Shown here piece by piece: positions 1 through 10,342 of a DNA stretch of 64,000 bases. The stretch comes from a bacterium (GTDB lineage Bacteria > Patescibacteriota > Minisyncoccia > Phycocordibacterales > JAUSHB01). The stretch is from positions 11,866 through 75,865 of the forward strand of contig JAUSHB010000006.1 in assembly GCA_030648955.1 (NCBI GenBank). Reading direction: 5' to 3'. The notes beneath the pieces were generated by a model, which saw nothing but the letters and a program-made list of their open reading frames with translations, made no database searches and was not told the origin of the DNA. Position numbers and translations under genes: made by a program. How positions within the stretch are numbered: the stretch's first letter is position 1; the number at the start of each line of letters is the position of its first letter.

Positions 1-189
1 TACTGAATCAATCACCGTATGGGGTTTGCCACCAATTCCAATCTTTTTTTCTATAGCAGGGTACATTTTTATAACCAAAACAATAGTGATGATAAGGGCG
101 ATAATAACTATGGAAATCCTAAATACCCGCGAATGATTTTTTTTCTCTTCAGGGTTTAATCCCGACTTACGAGGACTTTGAGTTTGCAT
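1..189 (-). CDS. 5' part of a membrane-anchored protein, runs off the window edge
   Basis: ATG at 189, frame open to position 1: MQTQSPRKSGLNPEEKKNHSRVFRISIVIIALIITIVLVIKMYPAIEKKIG..., one hydrophobic helix; same strand as the upstream cluster; absent from ORF track because it has no stop. Confidence 0.7.
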   Translation of the reverse strand, partial: MQTQSPRKSGLNPEEKKNHSRVFRISIVIIALIITIVLVIKMYPAIEKKIGIGGKPHTVIDSV

Positions 190-234
190 GATTGTGTCAA
201 AAAATTTATTTCCCGACATGGTGCTTATGTAATA

Positions 235-3200
235 TTAAGGATTAAATCCATACGTCATAATAAATCGTGCGGAAGTAATGTATATGCTCGCAGTCGATGG
301 TGTAATCACAAGCTTGTTGCATTGTACTCCGGGGTTCATTGGATTTGCGTTGGTACATAATCCAGAATCATTGAGATTAAGTGTTGCTTCCGTAGGCGGA
401 GCACTCCCGTCAGCAATCTTATATAACAGTCTGAAGTTAGTGAGACTACTCCCTGGGATGGTAAATATTTTTGCAGCAAGATTATTTGCCTGAAGCGCAA
501 GAGTACCGCTTCCGCTTACAATACCCAGTACTTCTATATACGCGCTCTTGATTGTTTGCCCAACCTCCGGTGCAAGAATAGTAAAGTAAGTTGTGGTCGC
601 GGAAGCAATAACCGTTGGCTCACCAAAGAGTGATGTCTGCGTTGTTTTTGCCGGTTGTGTTACGCTTTGTGTTTGAAAGCTACCTGTCGCACCAAGAATT
701 CCCGTTTCATTTCCAGCATTGTCTTTCGATCGCACACGATAGTAATATATTGTGCCGGAATTGAGATTGGGGAACACAACGGCGTGTGAAGTGACCAACG
801 TTGGATCAAGTATTGTGCATTCGTTGGTGCCACTACAATCATACCCTCCAATAAATGTTCCGCTTGTATTGTACTCAACGCGACTCGTTGATAACTCAAG
901 CGATGTATCCCAGGTGATTGTTGCAGAATTCGTTCCTGGTGATCCGGACGATATGTTGCTGACTATCGGCGGCGTAGTGTCAATATTAATGTCTGTCTCT
1001 GTTTCTAAGTTCCCACCAAATGACACCCATGCACTTGGATAATCTCCAAGCCCGCCACAGGATGTAGTATGCGCTCCCCCTTTGTTGTGACATGTTCGTG
1101 CTTGCCAATGATAGGTGTTGTCAGACGGAGAAATTGATATTGAGCCAGTTGCAGGACCAGAACCAGCAGACCCCGCCCCCTCCACCGCAGATCCACATGC
1201 CGCAGTTCCTGTGCATAAAAATGAAGTTCCAATTGACCTATATTCAAATTGCGGATACAAGGTGCCCAAGAAAATGCCAGGTACTTCCATTGTCTGTTTG
1301 AGATATATTGGGGTTGCGGACGCAGTGTTGCCAATACCGATTGATTGCGTAAGTCCCAAATCTTTGAATTGGTCGAGACCAACCGGTTCACTTGGCGTAT
1401 TCGATAAAATGGTAAATAATTTCCCATTTGAATCATAGCCGTTTGATTTGAGTACCACATTCCCCGTCGCAGACCCTAAAGGCACTTGGGTGCTCATCGC
1501 CGTGTTCGTCCACCCGCTTGCGCCCCAATAGTTTGCAACAATACTTGAAGTAAACATTACGCGGTCGTTGGTGGTAAATGCAGGGGTGTTTACCAAATCC
1601 GAATCAGTGCCGGGCGATCCCGTTCCACACACTGCGGCATTTTGACAAAAATGATTTCCGTCTACCGTTACTGCGCTACCCTCTGATTGAGATGTCGGCG
1701 TAAACCCCGTAATCCGAGGTAGCACCCTAAAGCCAGTTGTAGTATAGGTATGAGTCTTGTTATTGGAATCGCTTCCTTGTTGCATTACCAAACTTCCTGT
1801 GTATGTGCTATCTGCAATTGCGGGAGATACTTGTGCTTGTATAAGTGTATTCGACCATGATCCTGTGATAACGCTTATTCCAATAATTTGAACATCCCCT
1901 CCAATGGATGCACTGCCAAACCGTGTACCATCGAGGAATACTTCACCGTCAGTGAGCCCATTGGGACACAGGGGATCGCTTGCGTCATATTCACGGGCAT
2001 ATGTTCCAACAGGAAATCCTGGTTTATCACACGCTCGAACGCCGGTAATCTGCGGCAACACATAAAAATTGAGTCCAGTGCTTGTCTGTCCTCCCACGGT
2101 TATCGTGAGTGCGCTTGCGCCGCCAAAATTCGTTCCCCAATCAGAATCTGTATCGCCAACAACCGCAGAATCGGTTAAAAAAGTAATTGAAGTATCTGTC
2201 CACACGATTACGTTAGCATCAGCGATTTGTTTAGTGCCCACCTTGATGTTGTTTCCTCCTGTTGAGCGATTCCCCACTCCCACGGTATTAAAGTTAGTTC
2301 CTGTTACAACAACTGTTTGTCGAAATCCCGCGCCTCCACCAATACGAGCACCGCATTCTGTACATGCCACGACATAATCCAACCCCCCTTCTGTTGAATT
2401 TACATAACTGGTAATTGAGGGTGGCGGAGTGGTATACCGCCATGAAACTTGTTCAACGGCCGCCACAACATTAGATCCAGTTGAGCCTAGATTTACGGTA
2501 TATGTTCCATTCCCCGTAATTTCGTTGTTGATATTTTTGTCAAAAAAAAGAACCCATAGATATTCTCCCGTGGAATCCCAATTATACGCGGACGGCGCGG
2601 TTGGACTAATAGAAATATTTACCAGCCGATCCACCGTAACCCCACTTACTGAACTCGCCGCAGTAGAAGACCTGAAACTTCCCGCGAGAGGGGTCCCCGC
2701 AATAGTTATATTGACAGCAGGAGTTCCCGTGGTTCCATATGCACTCTGTTGTACCGCCCAAAAAATCGCCGAAGCGGATTGCGTTGCAGAATTTTTTGCA
2801 AATGAGTATGTAATAATCAATTGTGCGGTGCGCGATGTCATGGTGCCAGTAAAGGTTGCGGAAAGCTGATTATTCCCCTGCACCATGGAGCCGAGATTGT
2901 TAATGTCGCTCGAGAGTATCCAGAAGTTGTTCATAATTTCATTTGATGCTGTGTATGTATACGAAGTGGCGGGCGTGGGGACACTTGCTCCCAGTTGCGC
3001 AGCAAGCCCAAGGGAATCATTTGTTACCGCATGTGCAGTACCACGCATGTAGATATTCTTAAACGATGGGGTATCTTCTGGAATGTTTATAGTATCCGTC
3101 ACATCAAGTGGAACTGCTGATGCTTTATTCCCATTAGATTCCAGCATGATCTCCTCAGTCTGCATGAGGGTTGTTGAATTCGTGTAATTAAATTTATAGG

Positions 3201-4158
3201 TAATAACCTGCTCCGCAGAAACAAGATTCATTTGATACCCGACAGTAGCGGCAATTTTTAAGTTATGAGCGACATTGAGTGTCAGTGAATTCTTTGGATG
3301 AAGTATGTAAATTGCTTGGCTGTTCGTTCCTCCACTATTATCCAAATAATACGCGCTTGCTGCATCGGCATCATAATTTACCGCAAAGGTGCTGTCCGTT
3401 GTTCCTGTCGCAGGGATTTGTCCGCGTATTTCTGACCATGCAGAAACGACAACAGGAGAATCTTCCGTTACAGCCATAGTGGGACTTGTAAAGGTAACAC
3501 CCGTTGCGCCTACTGCAACATTTCCTGCAGATTGCCCAATACGATACTTGATGGTGCTGATTTGCGTCGCAGCAGTGTCATCATAATCATAAGTAATGAA
3601 CATTTTTGCGTTTTCCATTTTGCGCGGCACACCCGCGACATTCGCGCGAAATGTGATATTCTTGGTACCCGGTCCCTGCATGGCGGCCTGCATAGCAGTA
3701 GTAAAATTCGGCCTTACGAGAATCGTATAGTTTTCACCCGAAGATTGATATGACGCTGAATTAAAAACGGTTTCAGAAAATCCCGAGGGCGTGAGGCCGA
3801 GCGTAACGATCCCCGGAGGTCCTGTGAGTGCGCTTTGAAATGTATAATCAATCCACGCCGACTTGATCATTGTGGGTGATACAATGGCATCAGGCAAGTC
3901 TATGGTAAATACGGAATTCCAATTTGTTCCCGCGGCAACACCTATTCCCGATGTTTGATTTTGCCCGACAAAAAATTCTATTGTTTTTGTTTTCGTTCCC
4001 GCAGCATGGGCTATTGGAATCTTACCAATACCTCCTTGACCAGTAAAAAAATAACCGATGAGCACCGCGGACATGTTTGAGAATGCGAACAGTGCAATAA
4101 ACAACGTAATCAAGAGTTGTTTAAATGTATTTTTCAATAAAGTAAAGATCTTGATCAT
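235..4158 (-). CDS. Large secreted/surface protein with repeated beta-rich domains, IPT/TIG-like repeats and an FN3-like domain; possible pilus-associated adhesin
   Basis: N-terminal hydrophobic segment ending AHA-A; Thr/Ser/Gly-rich; IPT-like P.IT...G.NF / W.DTSI repeats; FN3-like SATITWDT...NLNSGTIYYYRVRSKDNAGN; ORF track starts 4185, ATG 4158 preferred. Confidence 0.7.
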   Translation of the reverse strand: MIKIFTLLKNTFKQLLITLFIALFAFSNMSAVLIGYFFTGQGGIGKIPIAHAAGTKTKTIEFFVGQNQTSGIGVAAGTNWNSVFTIDLPDAIVSPTMIKSAWIDYTFQSALTGPPGIVTLGLTPSGFSETVFNSASYQSSGENYTILVRPNFTTAMQAAMQGPGTKNITFRANVAGVPRKMENAKMFITYDYDDTAATQISTIKYRIGQSAGNVAVGATGVTFTSPTMAVTEDSPVVVSAWSEIRGQIPATGTTDSTFAVNYDADAASAYYLDNSGGTNSQAIYILHPKNSLTLNVAHNLKIAATVGYQMNLVSAEQVITYKFNYTNSTTLMQTEEIMLESNGNKASAVPLDVTDTINIPEDTPSFKNIYMRGTAHAVTNDSLGLAAQLGASVPTPATSYTYTASNEIMNNFWILSSDINNLGSMVQGNNQLSATFTGTMTSRTAQLIITYSFAKNSATQSASAIFWAVQQSAYGTTGTPAVNITIAGTPLAGSFRSSTAASSVSGVTVDRLVNISISPTAPSAYNWDSTGEYLWVLFFDKNINNEITGNGTYTVNLGSTGSNVVAAVEQVSWRYTTPPPSITSYVNSTEGGLDYVVACTECGARIGGGAGFRQTVVVTGTNFNTVGVGNRSTGGNNIKVGTKQIADANVIVWTDTSITFLTDSAVVGDTDSDWGTNFGGASALTITVGGQTSTGLNFYVLPQITGVRACDKPGFPVGTYAREYDASDPLCPNGLTDGEVFLDGTRFGSASIGGDVQIIGISVITGSWSNTLIQAQVSPAIADSTYTGSLVMQQGSDSNNKTHTYTTTGFRVLPRITGFTPTSQSEGSAVTVDGNHFCQNAAVCGTGSPGTDSDLVNTPAFTTNDRVMFTSSIVANYWGASGWTNTAMSTQVPLGSATGNVVLKSNGYDSNGKLFTILSNTPSEPVGLDQFKDLGLTQSIGIGNTASATPIYLKQTMEVPGIFLGTLYPQFEYRSIGTSFLCTGTAACGSAVEGAGSAGSGPATGSISISPSDNTYHWQARTCHNKGGAHTTSCGGLGDYPSAWVSFGGNLETETDINIDTTPPIVSNISSGSPGTNSATITWDTSLELSTSRVEYNTSGTFIGGYDCSGTNECTILDPTLVTSHAVVFPNLNSGTIYYYRVRSKDNAGNETGILGATGSFQTQSVTQPAKTTQTSLFGEPTVIASATTTYFTILAPEVGQTIKSAYIEVLGIVSGSGTLALQANNLAAKIFTIPGSSLTNFRLLYKIADGSAPPTEATLNLNDSGLCTNANPMNPGVQCNKLVITPSTASIYITSARFIMTYGFNP

Positions 4159-4255
4159 AGAACGTACGTGGCATATTAACAGCACATTTATATTTGAAAT
4201 TATACACGCCTGAAGATATTTTGACTAATACTCACAAGACTATCTGTGCTCATTA

Positions 4256-4954
4256 TTATTGTAATTTAATAGCCCCCGGCATGCTTGTGTTGTCTATGTT
4301 TCCATCATCAGAAAAATATGAATTTGGGGATATACTGCAGGAAGATGACGGTGCTGGGTCAGCAGGAAACGATTTTCCTGCGCTCCAATTGGTCTGAGGA
4401 CAAACCTTGTTCCGCCAACGAATCACATATTCTGTTTGCACGATAGGTTCTCCCCCACTCCAACTAACCGAAACGACAACTTTTTGAGTAGACGGATCGT
4501 CTGAATAGTTACCAACTGGACTGCATGTGGTACTACTCGCAACCCCGCGACTGCCATCATTACATCGGCTTACGTTTTCAATAATAAAATATCTCATAAA
4601 ATTAACTCCGTTCACCAAAATTGATTCATCGGAACCGCCTGCTGAAACAGACCACGTTCCATTCAAAGCAACGGGATAGTAATGCGTACCATTATGTGCC
4701 AACCCGAATATAGTCTGCCATCTTCCATCTCCAATTGCGCGAATTGCTTCAATGGTCTCATTGAGGATTCCTACTGCCACATCCCTCTCTCCTGCCATCT
4801 TATCACTTTGTAAACTTACAAATACCATTTGTGAACCAATTGAAAGAATGATGCCCAGAATCGCTGTGGCGACAAGGATTTCAAGAAGCAACGCCCCGCG
4901 TTTTTGGGTAGAACGTAGAATATAAAGTTTTGAATTCGGAAATGATTTCAACAT
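4256..4954 (-). CDS. Minor pilin/pseudopilin (PilV-like)
   Basis: Class III signal peptide KRG|ALLLEILVATAILGII with E at +5. Confidence 0.75.
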   Translation of the reverse strand: MLKSFPNSKLYILRSTQKRGALLLEILVATAILGIILSIGSQMVFVSLQSDKMAGERDVAVGILNETIEAIRAIGDGRWQTIFGLAHNGTHYYPVALNGTWSVSAGGSDESILVNGVNFMRYFIIENVSRCNDGSRGVASSTTCSPVGNYSDDPSTQKVVVSVSWSGGEPIVQTEYVIRWRNKVCPQTNWSAGKSFPADPAPSSSCSISPNSYFSDDGNIDNTSMPGAIKLQ

Positions 4955-5010
4955 AATTCTTTTATCTTTTTTATAAACATGTTGAGTAGTTTATGGAATC
5001 GTTATCCTGC

Positions 5011-5478
5011 CTAATACACCGTCCCCTGTGCAGTCACCGTAATGGTAGCTGTGTCGCCTAGAGATGAAAGCCCGAGTGTCATTGCAGTGGCTGTTCCACT
5101 TATTTTTGAAAAAATAATTTCTTTACTCAAACCCTCTCCCGGATTGGTAAATATTACCCCGCGCGGTAGTGTTGTGGTTGAATGAACGGCCGTGAGCACA
5201 TCGATATAATTTGTAGGTGTTGAAAAGATTTCGTAGTAATCGTCTGCGCTATTCACTGCACGCATACCCCATTTCATGTTATTCTCACCCGCCATAGACT
5301 TTGCTCGTACATTTTTAATGTCAGACATCAATGTTTTACTAGTAGCTTGAGATTCAATAGTCGTTACCGTATTATGAAAATATCCCGCTCCTGCTGCACT
5401 CAATCCCGCAAGAATAGCAATGACAATCAAAATTTCAAGCAAACTTATGCCTCGAGAAAGATTATAGAAATTAGACAT
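5011..5478 (-). CDS. Minor pilin/pseudopilin (FimT/GspH-like)
   Basis: RG|ISLLEILIVIAILAGL prepilin motif; C-terminal IIFSKISG and ITVTAQG resemble GspH/FimT. Confidence 0.8.
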   Translation of the reverse strand: MSNFYNLSRGISLLEILIVIAILAGLSAAGAGYFHNTVTTIESQATSKTLMSDIKNVRAKSMAGENNMKWGMRAVNSADDYYEIFSTPTNYIDVLTAVHSTTTLPRGVIFTNPGEGLSKEIIFSKISGTATAMTLGLSSLGDTATITVTAQGTVY

Positions 5479-5483
5479 ACGGT

Positions 5484-6701
5484 CTAAGTAAATTTACCTA
5501 CGAGCTGATAGATAGGGAGTAGTATCGAGAGAGCGACGGCACCGATAACAAGCCCCATAAAAAGAAGGAGGACCGGCTCAATGAGCGAGGATAGGTCTTT
5601 TAGTTTTCCGTCAACTTCTTCTTCATAAAAATCTGATACAGTCGCAAGGATAGAGGTGAGTGTCCCTGTTTTTTCTCCCATAAGAATGAGGCTTACGAAC
5701 AGATGGGGAAACAAATGGGGATATTTTAAAAATGTTTGTGAAAAAGGAATTCCGCTTTGTATTTCTTTTGCAGATTTTAAAATCGCTTCGCGATAATAAT
5801 AATTTCCCACCGAGTTTGCTGAAAGCTCAAGCGCTTCTGTCGCGGGTATTCCGCTCCCAATGAGACCCCCCAGAGTACGCGCAAAGCGTATAAGTGCTAC
5901 TTTTTTTACAAGATCACTTGCAATCGGAACCTTAAGTAATATTTTAAAAAAGAATTTTCTCCCGCGTTCAGTTTTGCGAAAAAAAACAAAGAACCAAATG
6001 AAAAACGCAACAATTCCTACATCAACAAAGATATAGGTCGAAAGAAAATTACTTGTTGCAATAAGTATCTTTGTCACGAGAGGTAATTCAACGCCACTTT
6101 GTAAAAATGCTTTTGTCAGTCGCGGAAGTACAAAAATCAGCAAAAGCCCGATTACTGCAACCGAACCAACAAGAAGTATGACGGGGTAGGTGAGCGCAGA
6201 TCTTACCTTACGGGTGAGATTATATTCTTTGGTGAGATATTTCCCTAAGTTATCAAGTGTCACGTCCAGCTGTCCAGATGCTTCAGCCGCTTTAAGCATT
6301 CCCAGAAACATGGGCGGAAAATATTTCCCATTCATCTCAAACCCTCGTGAAAGCGGCTGCCCGTTTTTTACTTGCGATTTTGCAGTACGCAAAACTTTCT
6401 GTAGAATTTTCTTTTTAGTGTCCTCAATAAGAATATCAAGTGCCTCAATAATGCCGAGCCCCGCACGAATCGCAGCTGAAAGATTGCGAACTAAAAAAAC
6501 AATGTCGACAGGCGTGATGCGCTCAAAAATTGAGATAGCCAAAATTCCTTCTTTTTCTCCAATCTTAATCTGATTGATAGACACAGGAGTCAATCCACGT
6601 TTATTCAAATGTGTGACCACCTCGCGCTCATTGGCGGCATCAAACTCACCTCGAATTATTGCGCCATCTTTGTCATACCCTTCGTAGAAATAGATGCTCA
6701 T
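5484..6701 (-). CDS. pilC: Type IV pilus/T2SS inner-membrane platform protein (PilC/GspF)
   Basis: Two T2SSF repeats: AEASGQLD...KVRSALTYP and GEKTGTL...LIEPVLLLFMG; adjacent to PilB. Confidence 0.93.
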   Translation of the reverse strand: MSIYFYEGYDKDGAIIRGEFDAANEREVVTHLNKRGLTPVSINQIKIGEKEGILAISIFERITPVDIVFLVRNLSAAIRAGLGIIEALDILIEDTKKKILQKVLRTAKSQVKNGQPLSRGFEMNGKYFPPMFLGMLKAAEASGQLDVTLDNLGKYLTKEYNLTRKVRSALTYPVILLVGSVAVIGLLLIFVLPRLTKAFLQSGVELPLVTKILIATSNFLSTYIFVDVGIVAFFIWFFVFFRKTERGRKFFFKILLKVPIASDLVKKVALIRFARTLGGLIGSGIPATEALELSANSVGNYYYREAILKSAKEIQSGIPFSQTFLKYPHLFPHLFVSLILMGEKTGTLTSILATVSDFYEEEVDGKLKDLSSLIEPVLLLFMGLVIGAVALSILLPIYQLVGKFT

Positions 6702-6713
6702 AATACATTTATA

Positions 6714-8432
6714 TTACTCCCTCACCACCCTTAATATTTCCTCAATAGTGGTCATTCCCCGTTCAACTTTCCCGAGACCATCCTCAAACATTGTTACCAT
6801 TCCTTCACGAATCGCCACCTTGCGAATTTCCCCTACTGTAGCAACTTTCATAAGAAGCTCCCGAATCGCATTACTCACCTGGAACAACTCGAAGATACCA
6901 ATTTGTCCCGTAAACCCCGTATTGCCGCATACCTTGCACCCCTTACCACGATAGAGCGTAGTTGGTGTATTTTTTATATTACCTTCACCAAGTGTTTTTA
7001 TCTCCCCCACAATAAGATGATTTATTTCTGCGGGGATGGGGTATGACTCAACACATGATGTACATATCCTACGAACTAAGCGTTGAGCTATCACGAGATT
7101 CACGGTTGAAGAAAGTAGGAATGCGGGAGCACCCATATCAAGAAGACGGGGCAGGGCCGAGGGAGCATCATTCGTATGAAGAGATGAAAGCACTAAATGT
7201 CCCGTAAGGGCGGCATGGACTGCGATTTCTACTGTTTCATTGTCACGTATCTCACCAATCATTATGATGTCGGGATTTTGACGCAAAAGTGCACGCAGAC
7301 CATTAGCAAAGGTGATGCCTGATTTTGAATTTACCTGCGTTTGATTAATGCCGGATACTTGATATTCTATCGGATCCTCGATTGTCGTTATATTTACTTT
7401 TGTCGTATTCAAAATATTGAGCATTGCATAGAGCGTAGTTGTCTTTCCGTGTCCCGTAGGACCCGTAACCAATATCATTCCGTGGGGTTTTTTGATCTCC
7501 TCATCAATCCGAGTTTGCATTTTTTCAGGAACACCCAGGTCATCGAGAGTAAGTGGACGAGCGGAATTTTTCAATAGTCGCATTTCAACTTTTTCACCAT
7601 GGAATATCGGCATGATGTTGGTACGAATATCAATAGCTGTACCGTCCTCAATTTCAAAACGAAATCGTCCATCTTGGGGTGTTCTATGTTCATCGATTTG
7701 TAGGTTGCCAAGAATTTTCACCCGCGCAACAAGAATTGGCGCAATCGTTTTGGGAAGTGCTAATATTTCCTGCATGATTCCATCGATACGAAATCGTACC
7801 AGGAGAGCTTTTTCGAGCGGCTCAAAATGGATATCGGAAGCATTGAGTACCGCTGCATGCTCCACGATATTATCAAGGATCGCCACAATGGGAACCGCGG
7901 AAGCTGTTTTTGCCAAATCTGTATCACTGCTCACGGCAATTAAAAGTGACTTTTCTATGTTTTCAGATATTGTTTGATTAAATCCTACGCCAATTTTCTT
8001 TTTATATTGCCTAAGACCATATTTAAAGCTCGTAATCGTCATGAGATGTGTTTCTATCCAAACACCAAGTTTTGCGCGCAAGAATTCAATCGTATCAAGA
8101 TCGAGCGGATCAAGCATCGCGATTTTGAGAATTTTTTTAGTCACATCATGCTCAAAAGCAATAACGCTCTTTGATTTAGCGTAATTTTCTGAAACAAGCT
8201 CAAGTGTCTTTTGTGGAATATTGACCTTTTTAAGGTTTATGAGTGGAACTTCAAAATATGGAGAAAGAACTTCCGATAAGTATTCCTCTGAAATATATCC
8301 TTTCCCCATGAGAATCTCGGGAATTTCGCGTCCTGTTTTAAATGACTCATCACGAGCCAATTCAAAATCCTTATCAGTCACCACGCCGGATTCATTTAGT
8401 ATTTTTTTTAGGTTGTCGGTGGTAATGTGCAT
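6714..8432 (-). CDS. pilB: Type IV pilus assembly ATPase (PilB/GspE)
   Basis: Walker A GPTGHGKTT, TIEDPIEY, LRQNPDIIMIGEIRD, AALTGHLVLSSLHTN, two CxxC pairs. Confidence 0.95.
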   Translation of the reverse strand: MHITTDNLKKILNESGVVTDKDFELARDESFKTGREIPEILMGKGYISEEYLSEVLSPYFEVPLINLKKVNIPQKTLELVSENYAKSKSVIAFEHDVTKKILKIAMLDPLDLDTIEFLRAKLGVWIETHLMTITSFKYGLRQYKKKIGVGFNQTISENIEKSLLIAVSSDTDLAKTASAVPIVAILDNIVEHAAVLNASDIHFEPLEKALLVRFRIDGIMQEILALPKTIAPILVARVKILGNLQIDEHRTPQDGRFRFEIEDGTAIDIRTNIMPIFHGEKVEMRLLKNSARPLTLDDLGVPEKMQTRIDEEIKKPHGMILVTGPTGHGKTTTLYAMLNILNTTKVNITTIEDPIEYQVSGINQTQVNSKSGITFANGLRALLRQNPDIIMIGEIRDNETVEIAVHAALTGHLVLSSLHTNDAPSALPRLLDMGAPAFLLSSTVNLVIAQRLVRRICTSCVESYPIPAEINHLIVGEIKTLGEGNIKNTPTTLYRGKGCKVCGNTGFTGQIGIFELFQVSNAIRELLMKVATVGEIRKVAIREGMVTMFEDGLGKVERGMTTIEEILRVVRE

Positions 8433-8683
8433 GCCCACATATTATATCATGTGGTTTTATGCTCGCATATCCATAAAAATAATCATACGCATAAAGCCCT
8501 TCGAGCGTTTCTTTGTTATTTTGTTAGAAAATGATCATTTAATTTTTTCCCTAGGCTCGTTAAGACTTCGTAGCCCCTTCCAATTGTCTTAACATCTTCA
8601 CGACCGTGAAAGTATTCCGTGCGGGGTGATAATTTAATGTATGTGGTTTGATCTGTAGTGTATATTGTTTACCGTAAAAAGAC

Positions 8684-9364
8684 TTAGACCTTGAGGGCGG
8701 AAATATGAAAAAACGCCGTGGGATCACCAAATATTGACAGTACAAATATAGTCATGACCGAAAGTAGAAAAGAAATTCCAAGAGTGGTTCGAGATTCTTT
8801 GAGCACTTTCAGCCGATACATACTCATTATAACCGTATAGAAAAGTGCGCCGGGAATAAAGACAAGTACCCCTGGCCAGCCGGACAAAAGAGCACAGAGA
8901 AGTCCCAGTTCCATCTCCCCTTCTGCAAAGAAATGACCGCGATAGTTACGTAATAATCTAAGAAATGCATAGAACGCGAATGACACGAGAAGAAGGATTC
9001 CCACCCTTAACCAAAAACGACCGAGAACATAAAACATAAAATACCCGCCAGAATGGTTAAAAAACGGTCGAGTAAATTCAATCGCACTGGGGAAGGGTAC
9101 CGCCGTGCTCACGGGAGCAGTTACCAAAAATTTTGTCAATTCGGTTCCATTTTGCCAAACAGCATGCTGACCAAAAGTAAGCAAAAGAGAATACCCTATC
9201 ATAAATACTATCGTAAGAAATGAGAGTATCCAAAGACGCCGACGTAAAACACCCTCTCTTCCCTCTTTGTTCCTTAGAAATACTAGAGTCGTAAAAACTA
9301 AGAGTGCCGGAATTACGATGCGAGGTGCCCACAAGGCTATACTACTGATAACGTGATAATCCAT
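8684..9364 (-). CDS. Polytopic membrane protein; C-terminal half resembles a degenerate prepilin peptidase (A24) segment
   Basis: About 6 hydrophobic helices; FAEGEMELGLLCALLSGWPG parallels the PilD MGxGDxKL...GW motif; lies between pilin and pilB. Confidence 0.5.
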   Translation of the reverse strand: MDYHVISSIALWAPRIVIPALLVFTTLVFLRNKEGREGVLRRRLWILSFLTIVFMIGYSLLLTFGQHAVWQNGTELTKFLVTAPVSTAVPFPSAIEFTRPFFNHSGGYFMFYVLGRFWLRVGILLLVSFAFYAFLRLLRNYRGHFFAEGEMELGLLCALLSGWPGVLVFIPGALFYTVIMSMYRLKVLKESRTTLGISFLLSVMTIFVLSIFGDPTAFFHISALKV

Positions 9365-9380
9365 ATTATTTTATTATACA

Positions 9381-9409
9381 CCAAAGCCCGCCTTGAAGGC
9401 GGGCTTTGG
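9381..9409 (-). terminator. Hairpin downstream of the pilin gene, probable intrinsic terminator
   Basis: CCAAAGCCCGCC-TTGAA-GGCGGGCTTTGG inverted repeat 50 nt after the pilin stop. Confidence 0.7.
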
Positions 9410-9458
9410 AAAAACTAAATCTTCTAAACTTCAAGGAACGTTTTATTGGACTATTGGA

Positions 9459-10127
9459 CTAGAAATCTACACCCGCGCCCAAAATTCTCAAGTTTGTTCC
9501 TACTTCGTAATAGTCGTTATTATTACCACCATCTTTTGTTCTTCTGTTATCAGTGCTTGTGTATTCAGTGCTTTCAAGTTGTGCGTTAATCTCAAAGTTG
9601 AGAGGATTCGCGGCGCATGCGTAGCGATATACGAGGTCAGTGCTTGCAACAGTACCAAGTGCTGCAATTGTATTAGTTGGATCTTGTGGAACATTTGAAA
9701 TTGGAGACCCACTAGTAAGAGAATCGAAACTTACTGGAATCCATCCCGTACCATCAGTAAGGGTTGGTGTTGCTGACTGACCTGAAACCACAACAATACT
9801 GCCATCAAGTGTTGTATCTGTAATCAGAGTACCAGAACCAAGCGAGTAAAAAATCTTGTCTCCAGCGATATATGCAGCAGTAGGGGATGCCTTACATGCC
9901 GTATTGTTTGCAACATCACCAAGATAAGGGGTCGATGTGCTGGTAATATAAAGACCGAGTGCTGTCTTGAGCGTGCTCAAGTCTGAAATTCGCTGTGCAT
10001 CTCGAGACTTCTTAAGCGTCTCTGCTGGGTTTATGACCAAAATAAGAGCGACTGACAAAATCGCAATAATTGCGATTACAATCAAAAGTTCAAGGAGTGT
10101 GAAACCATCTTTCTTTTCCCGTGACAT
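9459..10127 (-). CDS. Type IV pilin, probably the major pilin
   Basis: KKDG|FTLLELLIVIAIIAILS...KSRDAQRISDL; own upstream intergenic region and terminator; ORF track starts 10145. Confidence 0.9.
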   Translation of the reverse strand: MSREKKDGFTLLELLIVIAIIAILSVALILVINPAETLKKSRDAQRISDLSTLKTALGLYITSTSTPYLGDVANNTACKASPTAAYIAGDKIFYSLGSGTLITDTTLDGSIVVVSGQSATPTLTDGTGWIPVSFDSLTSGSPISNVPQDPTNTIAALGTVASTDLVYRYACAANPLNFEINAQLESTEYTSTDNRRTKDGGNNNDYYEVGTNLRILGAGVDF

Positions 10128-10342
10128 AACATTTCCTGTGTACATAGTATAAAAAATTATTTTCTATTAAATTACCGAACTTATTAACTCATGTGCTCGA
10201 ATGCTCTTGCAATTATACAACATACTACTCAACAATAGATAACTGTGGGTGTGGATAACCCCCCCCTTTTTTTTTACGGACCTCACTCTCATTAAAAATC
10301 CAAAAAAGACGACTGTGCGTAGAATGTTGATGTGAGGAGTGC

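Noticed and set aside
8450-8683. Possible riboswitch upstream of pilB
   Set aside because: Only a weak stem (GTTAAGAC...GTCTTAAC) and no recognisable aptamer; the -10 box lies downstream of it, next to the start codon.
10250-10258. Perfect DnaA box TGTGGATAA as a replication origin
   Set aside because: Single box; no box cluster and no dnaA or dnaN nearby.
10259-10275. C8-T9 homopolymer upstream of the pilin as a phase-variation switch
   Set aside because: Lies outside the coding region and upstream of the likely promoter core; tracts are short and there is no evidence of length variation.
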